From an uncultured Chloroflexia bacterium (lineage in GTDB: Bacteria; Chloroflexota; Chloroflexia; QHBQ01; JADMIH01): a stretch of 64,000 nt of DNA. The notes below the pieces were generated by a model. It saw only the letters and a list, made by a program, of their open reading frames with translations, was not told the DNA's origin and made no database searches. The translations under genes were made by a program, and so were the position numbers. Numbering within the stretch: the first letter of the stretch is position 1; each line of letters begins with the position of its first letter. Where the stretch lies: contig CAWCNY010000002.1 in assembly GCA_963797095.1 (NCBI GenBank), positions 928,001 to 992,000 of the forward strand. Direction: 5' to 3'. Shown here in pieces: positions 1-9,817 of the stretch.

Positions 1-1784
1 CGTCCTCCGCCATTGTCTTTGCCTCGCCCTCCATCCTTGCCCTTCACCCCTGACATCTCCCTGGCGAGCGCCGCATGCAGTTTGCTCAGAAAGTCGTCCG
101 ACACACCCAGCGAATTAGGCGGGGCGTTCAACTCCGTCAGCAACTTCATCGTTGATGGTCGGTCCACCGTGAAGCCGAGCGCATCCGTCGCTTCGTCTTC
201 CAGGTTGTGGGCCTCATCGATGATCAGATGGTCGTATTCGGGCAGCACGCCACCGCCCATAGCCAGGTCGGCCAGCAGCAGCGCGTGGTTGACCACCAGT
301 ATATTGGCGCTCTTTGCTCGCCGTCGCGCCCGGTCGAAGAAGCACAGTCCCTTTTGCCTTACCTGGCACTCATACAGCGGGCACCCTTCCTCGCTCACGC
401 AAACGTGCTTCCACACTTCGTTCTCGTCGTTCAGCAAAAGCAATTCGTTTCGGTCGCCTGTTTCGGTCTCCGGCAGCCAGATCATAAGCTTGACCATCAC
501 CCGCAACTGCTCTATCGAGGACGGCGACCCCCTGCGGAACGAGTACCATCGCCGCAAGCAGATATAGTTTGCCTTCCCCTTCAGCAAAGCCGATTTGAAT
601 TGCCCTGAGGACGAAGCGCGAAAGCCGGATGACGAACGTCCATTGCCGTCGTCCTTCGTCCTTCGTCTTTCGTCTCCGAACCGACCTTCGTCTTTTGTAC
701 TTCGTCCTTCGTCCTCTCCATATTCCCTCAGCAGCCTATCCAGTATCGGCAGATCCTTATGGAACAATTGGTCCTGCAAATTGATCGTGTTGGTCGATAC
801 GACCACCCGCTCGCCTGTGCGAAGCGAGTAGAGGATCGACGGCAGCAGATACCCGATGCTCTTACCCGTGCCCGTGCCCGCCTCCAGGATCAGATGGTGG
901 CCCCTATTGAGCGCATTGGCCACCGCCTGCGCCATCTCGATCTGCTGCGGGCGATGCTCGTAACCCGCGAACACCCGCGACATCGGCCCGCCCGGCGCTA
1001 ATATACGCTCGATCTCAGCCGGGTCCAGTGGGGGCTTGTCCTGCGAATACTCCTTCGCATCCTCGTCGCTCTCAGGCTCGTAATACGGCTCATCGAAGGG
1101 GTGAAGGAATCCCACATCAAGCTCGGCATCCGACAGCCCTTTAGCCGACAACTGCGAACGTATGGACGAGCCGGACGAGAAAGCGTTGCGCGACTTCTCG
1201 TACTCAACCTCGCGGAACAGGTGCCGCAGGGGCCAATCGCTTCTCTCGGTGGCCTTGCCGATCTCGGCCAGCACCTCCAGCGGTATATCCTCGATCCGCT
1301 CGCGCAGCGCCAGGAACACGTTCATCGTAAGCTCGGCGTCGGTCACGGCCCGGTGCGCTCGACCTTCACCCTCTTTCACCCCCAGCTTCTCGGCCACCGC
1401 CCGCAAATTATAGACAGCCGCTTCGGGCACCAGCAAAGTAGCAAGCTCGAACGTATCCCACGATACATTCCGCACATGGATACCCCCTCGCGCCAGCATG
1501 GCAAGGTCCAACTCTACCGATTGCCCGATCACCGGGCTATCCCCCACAAATTTTAGGAAATCACGCGTGATGCTTTGTATCGAAGGGGCGCGCGCCACAT
1601 CGCTTGCTCTAATACCGGTGAGCTGCGTGACCTTATAAGGTATAGGTTGATTAGGGCGCACAAAGCTCTCCCAACGGTCCACGATCTGACCGTCACGGAA
1701 CTTTACTGCCCCGATCTCAATGACCTCGTCCCGGTCGGGGTGCATACCGGTAGCCTCGAGGTCCAGCGCGATATATGTCCGCAA
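1..1784 (-). CDS. dinG: DnaQ-like 3'-5' exonuclease fused to DinG-family helicase (3' end runs off the window)
   Basis: Manual minus-strand translation from TTG at 1784 gives LRTYIALDLEATGMHPDRDEVIEIGAV (DEDDh ExoI motif). Later come HLILEAGTGTGKSIGYLLP (Walker A), VVVSTNTINLQDQL and LLKGKANYICLRR. Confidence 0.9.
   Translation of the reverse strand, partial: MRTYIALDLEATGMHPDRDEVIEIGAVKFRDGQIVDRWESFVRPNQPIPYKVTQLTGIRASDVARAPSIQSITRDFLKFVGDSPVIGQSVELDLAMLARGGIHVRNVSWDTFELATLLVPEAAVYNLRAVAEKLGVKEGEGRAHRAVTDAELTMNVFLALRERIEDIPLEVLAEIGKATERSDWPLRHLFREVEYEKSRNAFSSGSSIRSQLSAKGLSDAELDVGFLHPFDEPYYEPESDEDAKEYSQDKPPLDPAEIERILAPGGPMSRVFAGYEHRPQQIEMAQAVANALNRGHHLILEAGTGTGKSIGYLLPSILYSLRTGERVVVSTNTINLQDQLFHKDLPILDRLLREYGEDEGRSTKDEGRFGDERRRTKDDGNGRSSSGFRASSSGQFKSALLKGKANYICLRRWYSFRRGSPSSIEQLRVMVKLMIWLPETETGDRNELLLLNDENEVWKHVCVSEEGCPLYECQVRQKGLCFFDRARRRAKSANILVVNHALLLADLAMGGGVLPEYDHLIIDEAHNLEDEATDALGFTVDRPSTMKLLTELNAPPNSLGVSDDFLSKLHAALAREMSGVKGKDGGRGKDNGGG
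645..716. repeat. Degenerate heptamer tandem repeats (CTTCGTC/TTTCGTC) inserted in-frame in dinG
   Basis: Repeated cttcgtc units translate to EDEGRSTKDEGRFGDERRRTKDDG between conserved helicase segments. Confidence 0.75.
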
Positions 1785-2101
1785 AGCGGATTTGCGGCCT
1801 TTCTAGGCCAATGGCCGGTAGGGGATCCTGGGCGCGAAATGTAAGACGCAACATAACCGGTGAGATTCGCCGAACATGCCTCGAACCATGCCCGGTCACA
1901 TCTCATGCGACGCTCATTCTACTACCTCTCAGGCGCAGATGCAATAGGTATTCCCCAATTATTCTCGTTCAGGCTAATAATCTGTTTATAAGGTAGGGAA
2001 AATTGCAGGTTTGGTTGCCAATTTCCCCTATCCTGGAATGCCTCTCTTGCCAGGGAGATCTTCGTGGGCGGCTAAAGAAGTAGGCATGGTAAAATGAATA
2101 T

Positions 2102-3799
2102 ATGAACCACCCAGTCAAGGGACGACATATCCCTAGAGCGTTCTTCCTTGCCCTTGTATTCATGCTGGCAAGCGCGGGAGTAGCCGCTGCCTGCCCCACC
2201 GCTACCCGACCCTATGAAGGCGTCGGTGAAGCCAAACTGATCTTTGTCGGCGATCTGATGATGGGTCGCTATGTGGGTAGCACCCTTCTCCGAACCAACA
2301 ACTACGACCCCCCCTTCGCCCCCATCAAATCCTACCTCTCCTCAGCGGACCTCGCCATCGGCAACCTCGAAGGCCCCATAGTGCCCAGGGGTACAATCGC
2401 CATCCCTCCACCCGCCCCCAACGAGCTTAACCTCACAGGCGATGCCCGTTCCGCCTATGCCCTCTCCAGGGCAGGCTTCGATCTTCTGTCGGTAGCGAAC
2501 AACCACGCCCTCGACGCAGGCACTCCCGGCCTCAACTACACCATCACCTACGTCAGGCGTGCAGGCATGGCCCCCTTCGGCATCGACCCAGGCCCGGCCA
2601 ACGGCGGCCAGAAGCCCGTAATCCGCACCGTACATGGCCTCAGGATCGCCTTCCTCGGCTACACCACCGTCATGAACATCCCAGGCACCGGCGGCGTAGC
2701 CTTCGTTCGCCCTTATGTGAAGGCCGATCTCGACCGGGTCACTCGCGAGGTCAAAGCCGCCAGGCAGTCAGCCGATCTCGTGATCGTGATGATGCACAGC
2801 GGCACCGAATACGCCATACAGCCCAACAGCGACCAGAAGACCCTGGCGAAAACCCTGGCAGATGCGGGCGCTGACCTCGTAGTGGGCGCTCACCCGCACG
2901 TTGCCCAGGGTACGGAAACCCTCTCCAGCGCGGGCCACACCACCCTCGTGGCCTACTCCCTCGGCAACGCCCTTTTCGACCAGGAAAGCCGCCCCGAACT
3001 GCGCCAGGGCCTCGCCCTCGAAGCCACAGTAGACCGCGATGGCGTGCGCACAGCCCGCCTTGTCCCTCTACAGATTGTCACAGGCGCGACGGGCTACACC
3101 ATGAACCTGTGCGACAATCCCACTTGTAGCCTGCCTATCGAACGCGCCTCTCAAAGCACCTCTCCCGACCTCCAATGGCAGGTACAGTGGTCGGCCACCC
3201 AGCCGACCGGCAAAGCCCTCGTCTACAAGCGCCCCGCTACGTCTGATTTATCCTCCCTGGAAGACCTCGGTCTCGGTGTGCCCACCCGCGTTGATCTCAA
3301 AGACGGCACCCTCTCAGTCTCAAGCCTCGACAAGCAATCCCAATGGCAAACCGTCTGGACCACCGAAGCAGGGTGGCGCGTCACCGGCTACTCGGTCGGC
3401 GATGCCAACGCCGACGGCACACCCGACCTGATCTACACCCCCTGGAAGCACAGCCTCACCTCCGAGCGCCCTGAAGGTGGCGGCCTCGACGTGAACATGG
3501 AGGGCGGCGACCTCCTCCCTCACATCTACATCAACACCTATCGCGATGGCGACATGAAACCCCTCTGGCACGGCTCCCCTCGCCCTGCCCCCTTGCTGGG
3601 TGTGGTGACAGCCCCCATAGGCAAAGACGGCAAGCCCCTCCTCGCGACCCTCGAAAGCAGCGACCCCACCGTAGAGCGCGCCCCCGGCAAGCTCACACTC
3701 TGGGAATGGACCGGCGGCTTCGGCTTCGAACTGGCGGCCACCATCCCCGGTGCTTACTCCAACGTCTGGTCCGACGGGCGGGTGCTCCTGTTCAAGTAA
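2102..3799 (+). CDS. CapA/PGA_cap family metallophosphatase-like secreted protein with C-terminal extension
   Basis: Signal peptide plus motifs FVGDLMMGR, GNLEGP, SVANNHALD, MMHSGTEY, VVGAHPHV and YSLGNALFDQ. Confidence 0.88.
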   Translation: MNHPVKGRHIPRAFFLALVFMLASAGVAAACPTATRPYEGVGEAKLIFVGDLMMGRYVGSTLLRTNNYDPPFAPIKSYLSSADLAIGNLEGPIVPRGTIAIPPPAPNELNLTGDARSAYALSRAGFDLLSVANNHALDAGTPGLNYTITYVRRAGMAPFGIDPGPANGGQKPVIRTVHGLRIAFLGYTTVMNIPGTGGVAFVRPYVKADLDRVTREVKAARQSADLVIVMMHSGTEYAIQPNSDQKTLAKTLADAGADLVVGAHPHVAQGTETLSSAGHTTLVAYSLGNALFDQESRPELRQGLALEATVDRDGVRTARLVPLQIVTGATGYTMNLCDNPTCSLPIERASQSTSPDLQWQVQWSATQPTGKALVYKRPATSDLSSLEDLGLGVPTRVDLKDGTLSVSSLDKQSQWQTVWTTEAGWRVTGYSVGDANADGTPDLIYTPWKHSLTSERPEGGGLDVNMEGGDLLPHIYINTYRDGDMKPLWHGSPRPAPLLGVVTAPIGKDGKPLLATLESSDPTVERAPGKLTLWEWTGGFGFELAATIPGAYSNVWSDGRVLLFK

Positions 3800-4592
3800 G
3801 GAATTCTCGCAAAGCTGTATTGAACGCCTCCGGCTCCTCGACCATAGGCAGGTGCCCCGTATTCTCGATCACCACGTGCACCGATCCCTCGATCCCTGCG
3901 TGCATCTTCTCGGCCTCTACCGCCGGGATGATCTGGTCTTCCCCTCCACTGATGATCAGCGTCGGCACCTTGATCCGCGCCATATCCGGGGTTGAGTCGG
4001 GCCTCCCCACCATCGCGTGCAGCGAATCGATCACCCCTCGCTTGCCCTGCCTCAGCATCATCGCGTGCACCCACTCGGCGATCTCTTTGTCCTGCTCGTA
4101 GGTCGAAGGCGCGAACACCCTGGGGAACATCCCTTCTGCCGCTGCCACCGCCCCCTTCTCCTCAACGCTCTGCGCTGTCTTATATCGCCCCTCCCGCGCT
4201 GCTTCTGTGTCGGCCCCCGGCCTGGTCGCCACCAGTATCAACTTCTCCAGCATCTCAGGGAACTTCCGCACAAACGCAAACGCGATATACCCGCCCATCG
4301 AGTGCCCGGCCAGCACGATCTTCTCCACTCCCGCCGATTTCGCCCAACCCGCGATAGCATCCGCGTAATCGTCCATTCCTGCTTCCCTGTTTAACTCCAG
4401 CGGCTCTGACTCGCCCATTCCAGGCATATCGGGTGCAACCACCCACATCCCACCCCCAGGCCCCTCCAGTTGCTTCTCCCACAGGCTCCCGTCGAACGGG
4501 AACCCATGCACCAGCACAAGCGGCGCTCCATTCCCTTTCCCCTCGCCGCGCTGCCTCACATTCAACTTTGCTTTCAACTTTGCTGCTGCCAT
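3792..4592 (-). CDS. Alpha/beta fold hydrolase
   Basis: LVHGFPFD, GHSMGG nucleophile elbow, GEDQII, GHLPMVE. The start could also be 4628. Confidence 0.9.
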   Translation of the reverse strand: MAAAKLKAKLNVRQRGEGKGNGAPLVLVHGFPFDGSLWEKQLEGPGGGMWVVAPDMPGMGESEPLELNREAGMDDYADAIAGWAKSAGVEKIVLAGHSMGGYIAFAFVRKFPEMLEKLILVATRPGADTEAAREGRYKTAQSVEEKGAVAAAEGMFPRVFAPSTYEQDKEIAEWVHAMMLRQGKRGVIDSLHAMVGRPDSTPDMARIKVPTLIISGGEDQIIPAVEAEKMHAGIEGSVHVVIENTGHLPMVEEPEAFNTALREFLT

Positions 4593-4737
4593 CGCCTTTG
4601 CCTCCTGTTTAGAGTATATTCTCATCACATGCTGATGCTCTGCTCTCCTTTTCCTCGAACCGTGCCACTATACAATGCGCAATTCGCGTTTATCAACCCA
4701 TTGAACTTTCTCTACCCTCACCCCACGCGCTACCGGC

Positions 4738-5654
4738 GTGGGGCTTGTTTTGCTTGCAGCCGCTCTCTGGGGCACTCTCGGCACCCTCTATAAGATCGGC
4801 ACCCAGCAATACGGCCTCACTCCCCTCTCCATAGTCTTCTGGCGGGCCGCGCTGGCCGCCATCATCCTCTGGCTGGCCTTCGGTATAGTCACTCCCCTGG
4901 TGGGTGGCGGTTGGCGTTCCGTGCGCGTTGAGAAGCGCGATCTTCCCCTCTTCGCCGCCTTCGGTCTCCTCGGCGTGACCGCCTTCTACATCCTCTATAT
5001 CTACGCAGTGGTGCTTGCTGGCGTGGCTGTGGCGGTCGTCCTCCTCTATACTGCCCCCGTCTTCGTCTCCCTCATGTCCTGGCGCTTCCTGGGCGAGCCA
5101 TTCACCCACCGCAAGACCCTTGCCCTCCTCCTCGCCCTCACAGGCTGCGCGCTGGTGGCTCGCGCCTACGACCCTGCCCTTCTCAGCGTCAATGCCCCGG
5201 CATCCTGTGCGGCCTCGGTGCCGGCTTCACCTACGCCCTCTACAGCATCCTCGGCAAATTCTCTCTCAGGCGCGGCTACGGCATCGCCACCATGTCTCTC
5301 TACATCTACTCGATTGGCGCTCTCGGTCTCCTCCTGGTGGCCCTCCTTGCCGCGAGCATCTCCCCAGGTATATCAGATATCACCCTGGTGGTCGCCCCCG
5401 ATCCGGGTGCGTGGCTCCTCCTGCTGACCCTCGCCCTTTTCGCCACCATCGGCGGCCTCTACGCCTACACAGCGGCTCTGCGCCACCTCGAGGCGGGGGT
5501 CGCCAGCATCCTTGCCACCTTCGAGTCGGTGGTTGCTGCCACCTCTGCCTATTTTGTGGTGGGCGAAAGCGTCGGTTGGCCCCAGGCTCCCGGAGGTCTT
5601 CTTATCATCCTGGGCGTGCTGATCCTCCAGATACAACCCCGAAAAAAGTTCTAA
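4738..5654 (+). pseudogene. DMT/EamA family transporter split by a frameshift near 5195-5200
   Basis: ORF 4738-5427 (first EamA repeat, LLYTAPVFV) and ORF 5292-5654 (LEAGVASILATFESVVA) are in different frames. The shift falls at a C-run (aatgccccgg), so it may be a sequencing indel. Confidence 0.75.
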
Positions 5655-5859
5655 ATATGCCAAGATTAATGTTTCTTACTACTTCCATTCCTGGAACAAT
5701 TGTGATAATATAGGCCCATCAAAACGGCGCGAAGGCTACCCTTCACGTTATCAATGACGCTGTCGAGCGTCACTATTGCTACGGCTGGCGGCCCACGCTG
5801 TAGCGCCGGTGAGGCCATCAATCCAATATCCACATGTCAAGTCAAGAGAGGAGAGCAGG

Positions 5860-7209
5860 ATGCCAAAGGTCAGACCTTTACTCATTTTGGCCGTAGTTGC
5901 CTTACTTGGTGCTATAGCCATTCTTGGAGCCTTCGCACTAGGTAATCAGGGAAGTACTGTAGCTTCGAGCGGCACGGAGCTAACGGTACCGAGAGCAAAC
6001 ATGGGAATGGCAGCCAACTTCCAGGCATCGCCAGCCACAGGCAAAGGGAGCACAGCCTCCCTCCCCTTCGCCAATATTCGGGTCAACCAGGACCAGGGAA
6101 TAGAAGCTCAAAATGAGCCTTTCATAGCTGTCAATCCGTCCAATGCCCGCCACATCGTGGTAGGAGCCAACAACTGGGAAGCAGGCAATGGCCGCTTCGA
6201 AGTCACAGCCTACGTCTCCTTTGACGGAGGAGTGAGTTGGGCCACCTCCCACCCATACATCGATAGGAACGCAGGTCGCCTCAACGCCGCAGACCCCACA
6301 GTATCATTCGGGCAGGACGGAACGGTGTACTTCGGGTTCGTAGCCATGACCCCAGCCCCAGGAGCAGTGGCAGTGTCCACCTCCCATGATGGAGGGCTGA
6401 GTTGGTCCTCCCAAAGTTGGGCCACCCCCTTCACCACCCAGGCGGACAAGCCGGCCATAGCAGAGGCAGCGGGCAAGCTGTACGTCTTCTACCAGAACAC
6501 CTCCCTGATGAGCACAGTATCCTCAAACGGAGGAGCAAGCTGGTCAGCAGCCTCCACGATAGAGGCAGGAGGGAAGAACGCAGCCCCAGTAGTGGACAGC
6601 CACGGCAACGTATATGTCTTCTACAACACCCCCACCGCCATCAGGGTAGCCCGCCCAGGAATGGGAAGGATAGTGACCGTGTCGGACGCAGTAGCGCTGC
6701 AATCGAGGCCGGTGCAGTACCGAGCGGGAGTATACCCGACAGCGGGAGTAGACGGGCATGGAGTGCTGTACGTAGCATGGGCAGATGGTAGGAACATCAG
6801 CACAGGCAACGACATCATGGTCTCACGGTCAACCAACGGGACGAGTTGGAGTGGAGCCGAGAGAGTGAACACAGACGCAGGGTATGCAGACCAGTTGATG
6901 CCGGCGCTAAGTGTAGGGAGAGACGGGGCAGTATCGATAGCATGGTTAGACACTCGGAATGACCCGTCAAGAGTGAACTACGACGTGTACATGGCCCGCT
7001 CAGAAGATGGAGCAAGCTGGAGTGGGGCAAACAGCAGGGTAAGTGCGGTATCATCGAACCCGAACAACGACCCGAGGATGCAAGGGCAGCTAATCGGGGA
7101 CTACTTCGCACTAGGAGCGGGAGATGGAGGAGTGTACGTGGTATGGACAGACACTCGGAATGCCAACGAGGACATCTACCTCGCTCCTGTCCCTACCTCT
7201 AACAACTAA
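5860..7209 (+). CDS. Secreted BNR/Asp-box repeat (sialidase-like beta-propeller) protein
   Basis: GAGGAG RBS, signal peptide, and Asp boxes SFDGGVSW, SHDGGLSW, SSNGGASW, SEDGASW. Confidence 0.85.
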   Translation: MPKVRPLLILAVVALLGAIAILGAFALGNQGSTVASSGTELTVPRANMGMAANFQASPATGKGSTASLPFANIRVNQDQGIEAQNEPFIAVNPSNARHIVVGANNWEAGNGRFEVTAYVSFDGGVSWATSHPYIDRNAGRLNAADPTVSFGQDGTVYFGFVAMTPAPGAVAVSTSHDGGLSWSSQSWATPFTTQADKPAIAEAAGKLYVFYQNTSLMSTVSSNGGASWSAASTIEAGGKNAAPVVDSHGNVYVFYNTPTAIRVARPGMGRIVTVSDAVALQSRPVQYRAGVYPTAGVDGHGVLYVAWADGRNISTGNDIMVSRSTNGTSWSGAERVNTDAGYADQLMPALSVGRDGAVSIAWLDTRNDPSRVNYDVYMARSEDGASWSGANSRVSAVSSNPNNDPRMQGQLIGDYFALGAGDGGVYVVWTDTRNANEDIYLAPVPTSNN

Positions 7210-7401
7210 CTTAGCCCTTTAGGATTTCAGGGTTCGCGGGAGGTCCAGGCCGCTGGCTCTCCTGCAACATCGGAGCTATCAGGGCAGAGGAACGGCTTCG
7301 AGACGGCTTCGCGTAAGCGAAGCCGTCTCATTCTTAAAGCGCCCATCCAGGCGCACGTATAACTGGTATAATAGGGTGCTCCAAACGAAAGGTATGTACT
7401 C

Positions 7402-9789
7402 ATGCCTCGATCTTCCAACTTCTTTTCCCGCGTTCTATACGCTTGCCTTCTTTTTACTCTCCTGGCCCTGGCACTAGTAATATCAGGCGCTCATTCCACG
7501 GCAGGTATGACCATCCCTGTCCAACCCATCTCACCCAACTCTTTCTCCTCCATTATCTGGGGCACCGATATCAACGTAGGTCTGGGGATTGGACTACCTG
7601 CATTAGACCCCTCTATTCCGGAAGCGAACAGCCGTCGCAAAGATCACGTTATGGGCATCGATCCGGCTAACCCGAACCATGTCACGGCGGCATTTGTTCA
7701 AGTTGACATCGGTTTCGAATCATACTATGCGAACAGCACCAACGGCGGCCTCACCTGGTCAAGGGGCAGGCTCGCCTACCCCAACGGCTTTAGCTCAGGT
7801 GGTAGCGTGAGCTTTGCCTACGATGCTCACGGTGTGGGCTACTATTCGTCCCTCGCCATCTCCGACACTCTCGATGCGCTCTTTGTGTACACCTCCACAT
7901 CCGGCACCTCATGGAGCCAGCCGGTGCCAGTAGACATTTACTCGCACAGCGAATACCGCTACCTCCCTACCATCGCCATCGACAAACGCACATCGGGCAC
8001 GGACGCCGGCAGCGCTTACATCTTCTACGAAAACTACGGCAGCTACGATCCCTACTTCCTCGGTATCTGGGGCAGATACTCGCGCGATGGCGGCCTAACC
8101 TGGAGCGACGAATTTCAGGTGTCGGGTCCCACTCACTATTATGCTCACGGCCCCATCTCCCAGGTAGCATCGGATGGCACAGTCTACGTCGCTTACGAGT
8201 TCAGGCCGTCGAACCGGATATACAATGCGTCGGAGCTTTATCTCGACCGCAGCACCGATGGGGGTGTTACCTGGGGTCCCGATAGCCTCATCTCGGGCGC
8301 GCCAATTCAGGATATGGGTGCGCCCGACTGGAAAGAGCTTGAGCTGACCCTCACCGTAGACCAGAGCGATAGCTGCAATATGATACGCATCAACCACTAC
8401 CCAACCATTGCCGTATCGCCGACCGATCCCAACACTGTCTATGCGACCTGGAACGACGGTCGCTGGGAAACCTCATTCCCTGGCTGCGCCACCGGCACAG
8501 GCAGGCACTCCGACATAGCTTTCAGCAAGACCACCGATGGCGGCGCTACATGGTCAGCGCCCATACGCGTCAACGACGATACCCTCGGTAACGGCGTAGA
8601 TCAGTTTATGCCCACAATAGGGGTTGCCTCTGACGGCACTGTTGGCATCGCTTTTTACGACCGACGCTACGACCCCAACCACCTCAACTATGATCTCTCC
8701 TATTCCGAGTCGACCGACGGCGGAGCCACCTGGAGCGCCAACCAGCGTGTGAGTGATGTTTCAAGCGACCCCAACAGGCTGGTTGACCTCAAGAGCATAG
8801 ACGATATAGGGATGCGCAAAGCCCTGGTCTTTGGCCCTGACTACGCAATTGCGTCCTGGGTAGACACCAGGCTCGGCTCCCAACAGGGCGAATTCTTCAT
8901 CGACCGGGGCATTATTGAAGGCACGCCCACAACTCCTACACCCACACTAACCCCCGGCACTCCAGTTTCGACCCCAACTCATACTCCAACAACTACCGTT
9001 ACCCCCACTGCTGAAAGCTCGTCTACTCCTGTAAGCGCATCGCCAACCTACACTGCTCCACCCACATCGACAGCTACCTCTACAGCTACCTCTACAGCCA
9101 TCGCTACGGCGACCGCCACAATTGCCCCCACCGCCTGCACCATCCAGTTCGCGGATGTGCCCCCAGGCAGCACCTTCTACACATTTGTGCGCTGCCTGGC
9201 ATGCCAGGGCATCCTCTCAGGTTACCCTTGCGGTGGGCCGGGCGAGCCTTGCCAACCTCCCGACAATAACCCCTATTTTCGCCCCGGTGCCAACATCACC
9301 AGGGGTCAGCTATCGAAGGTAGTATCCAACGCCGCCGGTTTCAACGACCCGGTCAGCGGCCAGACCTTCGAAGACGTGCCTCCCGGCTCCACCTTCTACG
9401 AATATATTGAGCGCCTGGTTTCAAGGGGTGTTATGTCAGGCTACCCATGCGGCAACCCTGAGCCATGCGTACCCCCCGGCGACCGTCCTTACTTCCGACC
9501 TAACAACGACGCCACCAGGGGCCAGATCTCCAAGATCGTAGCCAAAGCCGCTGCTCTCAACGATCCTCCCGGCACGCAACTATTTGAAGACATGCCTCCC
9601 GGCTCCACCTTCTATACATTTACTCAGCAGCTAGCCAACCTGGGAGTAATATCGGGCTACCCATGCGGCAACCCTGAGCCATGCGTACCCCCCGGCGACC
9701 GTCCTTATTTCCGACCTAACAACGACGCCACCAGGGGCCAGATCTCCAAGATCGTATCTAACACCTTCTTCCCCGAATGCTCTCCATAA
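7402..9789 (+). CDS. S-layer homology (SLH) anchored BNR/Asp-box protein with Thr/Pro linker
   Basis: Asp boxes (STNGGLTW, SRDGGLTW, STDGGVTW), a T/P-rich linker, and three SLH repeats FxDVPPGSTFY...GYPC...FRP...TRGQ. Confidence 0.88.
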   Translation: MPRSSNFFSRVLYACLLFTLLALALVISGAHSTAGMTIPVQPISPNSFSSIIWGTDINVGLGIGLPALDPSIPEANSRRKDHVMGIDPANPNHVTAAFVQVDIGFESYYANSTNGGLTWSRGRLAYPNGFSSGGSVSFAYDAHGVGYYSSLAISDTLDALFVYTSTSGTSWSQPVPVDIYSHSEYRYLPTIAIDKRTSGTDAGSAYIFYENYGSYDPYFLGIWGRYSRDGGLTWSDEFQVSGPTHYYAHGPISQVASDGTVYVAYEFRPSNRIYNASELYLDRSTDGGVTWGPDSLISGAPIQDMGAPDWKELELTLTVDQSDSCNMIRINHYPTIAVSPTDPNTVYATWNDGRWETSFPGCATGTGRHSDIAFSKTTDGGATWSAPIRVNDDTLGNGVDQFMPTIGVASDGTVGIAFYDRRYDPNHLNYDLSYSESTDGGATWSANQRVSDVSSDPNRLVDLKSIDDIGMRKALVFGPDYAIASWVDTRLGSQQGEFFIDRGIIEGTPTTPTPTLTPGTPVSTPTHTPTTTVTPTAESSSTPVSASPTYTAPPTSTATSTATSTAIATATATIAPTACTIQFADVPPGSTFYTFVRCLACQGILSGYPCGGPGEPCQPPDNNPYFRPGANITRGQLSKVVSNAAGFNDPVSGQTFEDVPPGSTFYEYIERLVSRGVMSGYPCGNPEPCVPPGDRPYFRPNNDATRGQISKIVAKAAALNDPPGTQLFEDMPPGSTFYTFTQQLANLGVISGYPCGNPEPCVPPGDRPYFRPNNDATRGQISKIVSNTFFPECSP

Positions 9790-9817
9790 GCCAAACAGGA
9801 GGAGCAGGGGATATATT

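Noticed and set aside
13-1996. Plus-strand ORFs over dinG and the many other antisense or overlapping ORFs in the track
   Set aside because: These are shadow ORFs of well-supported genes in GC-rich DNA and carry no motifs.
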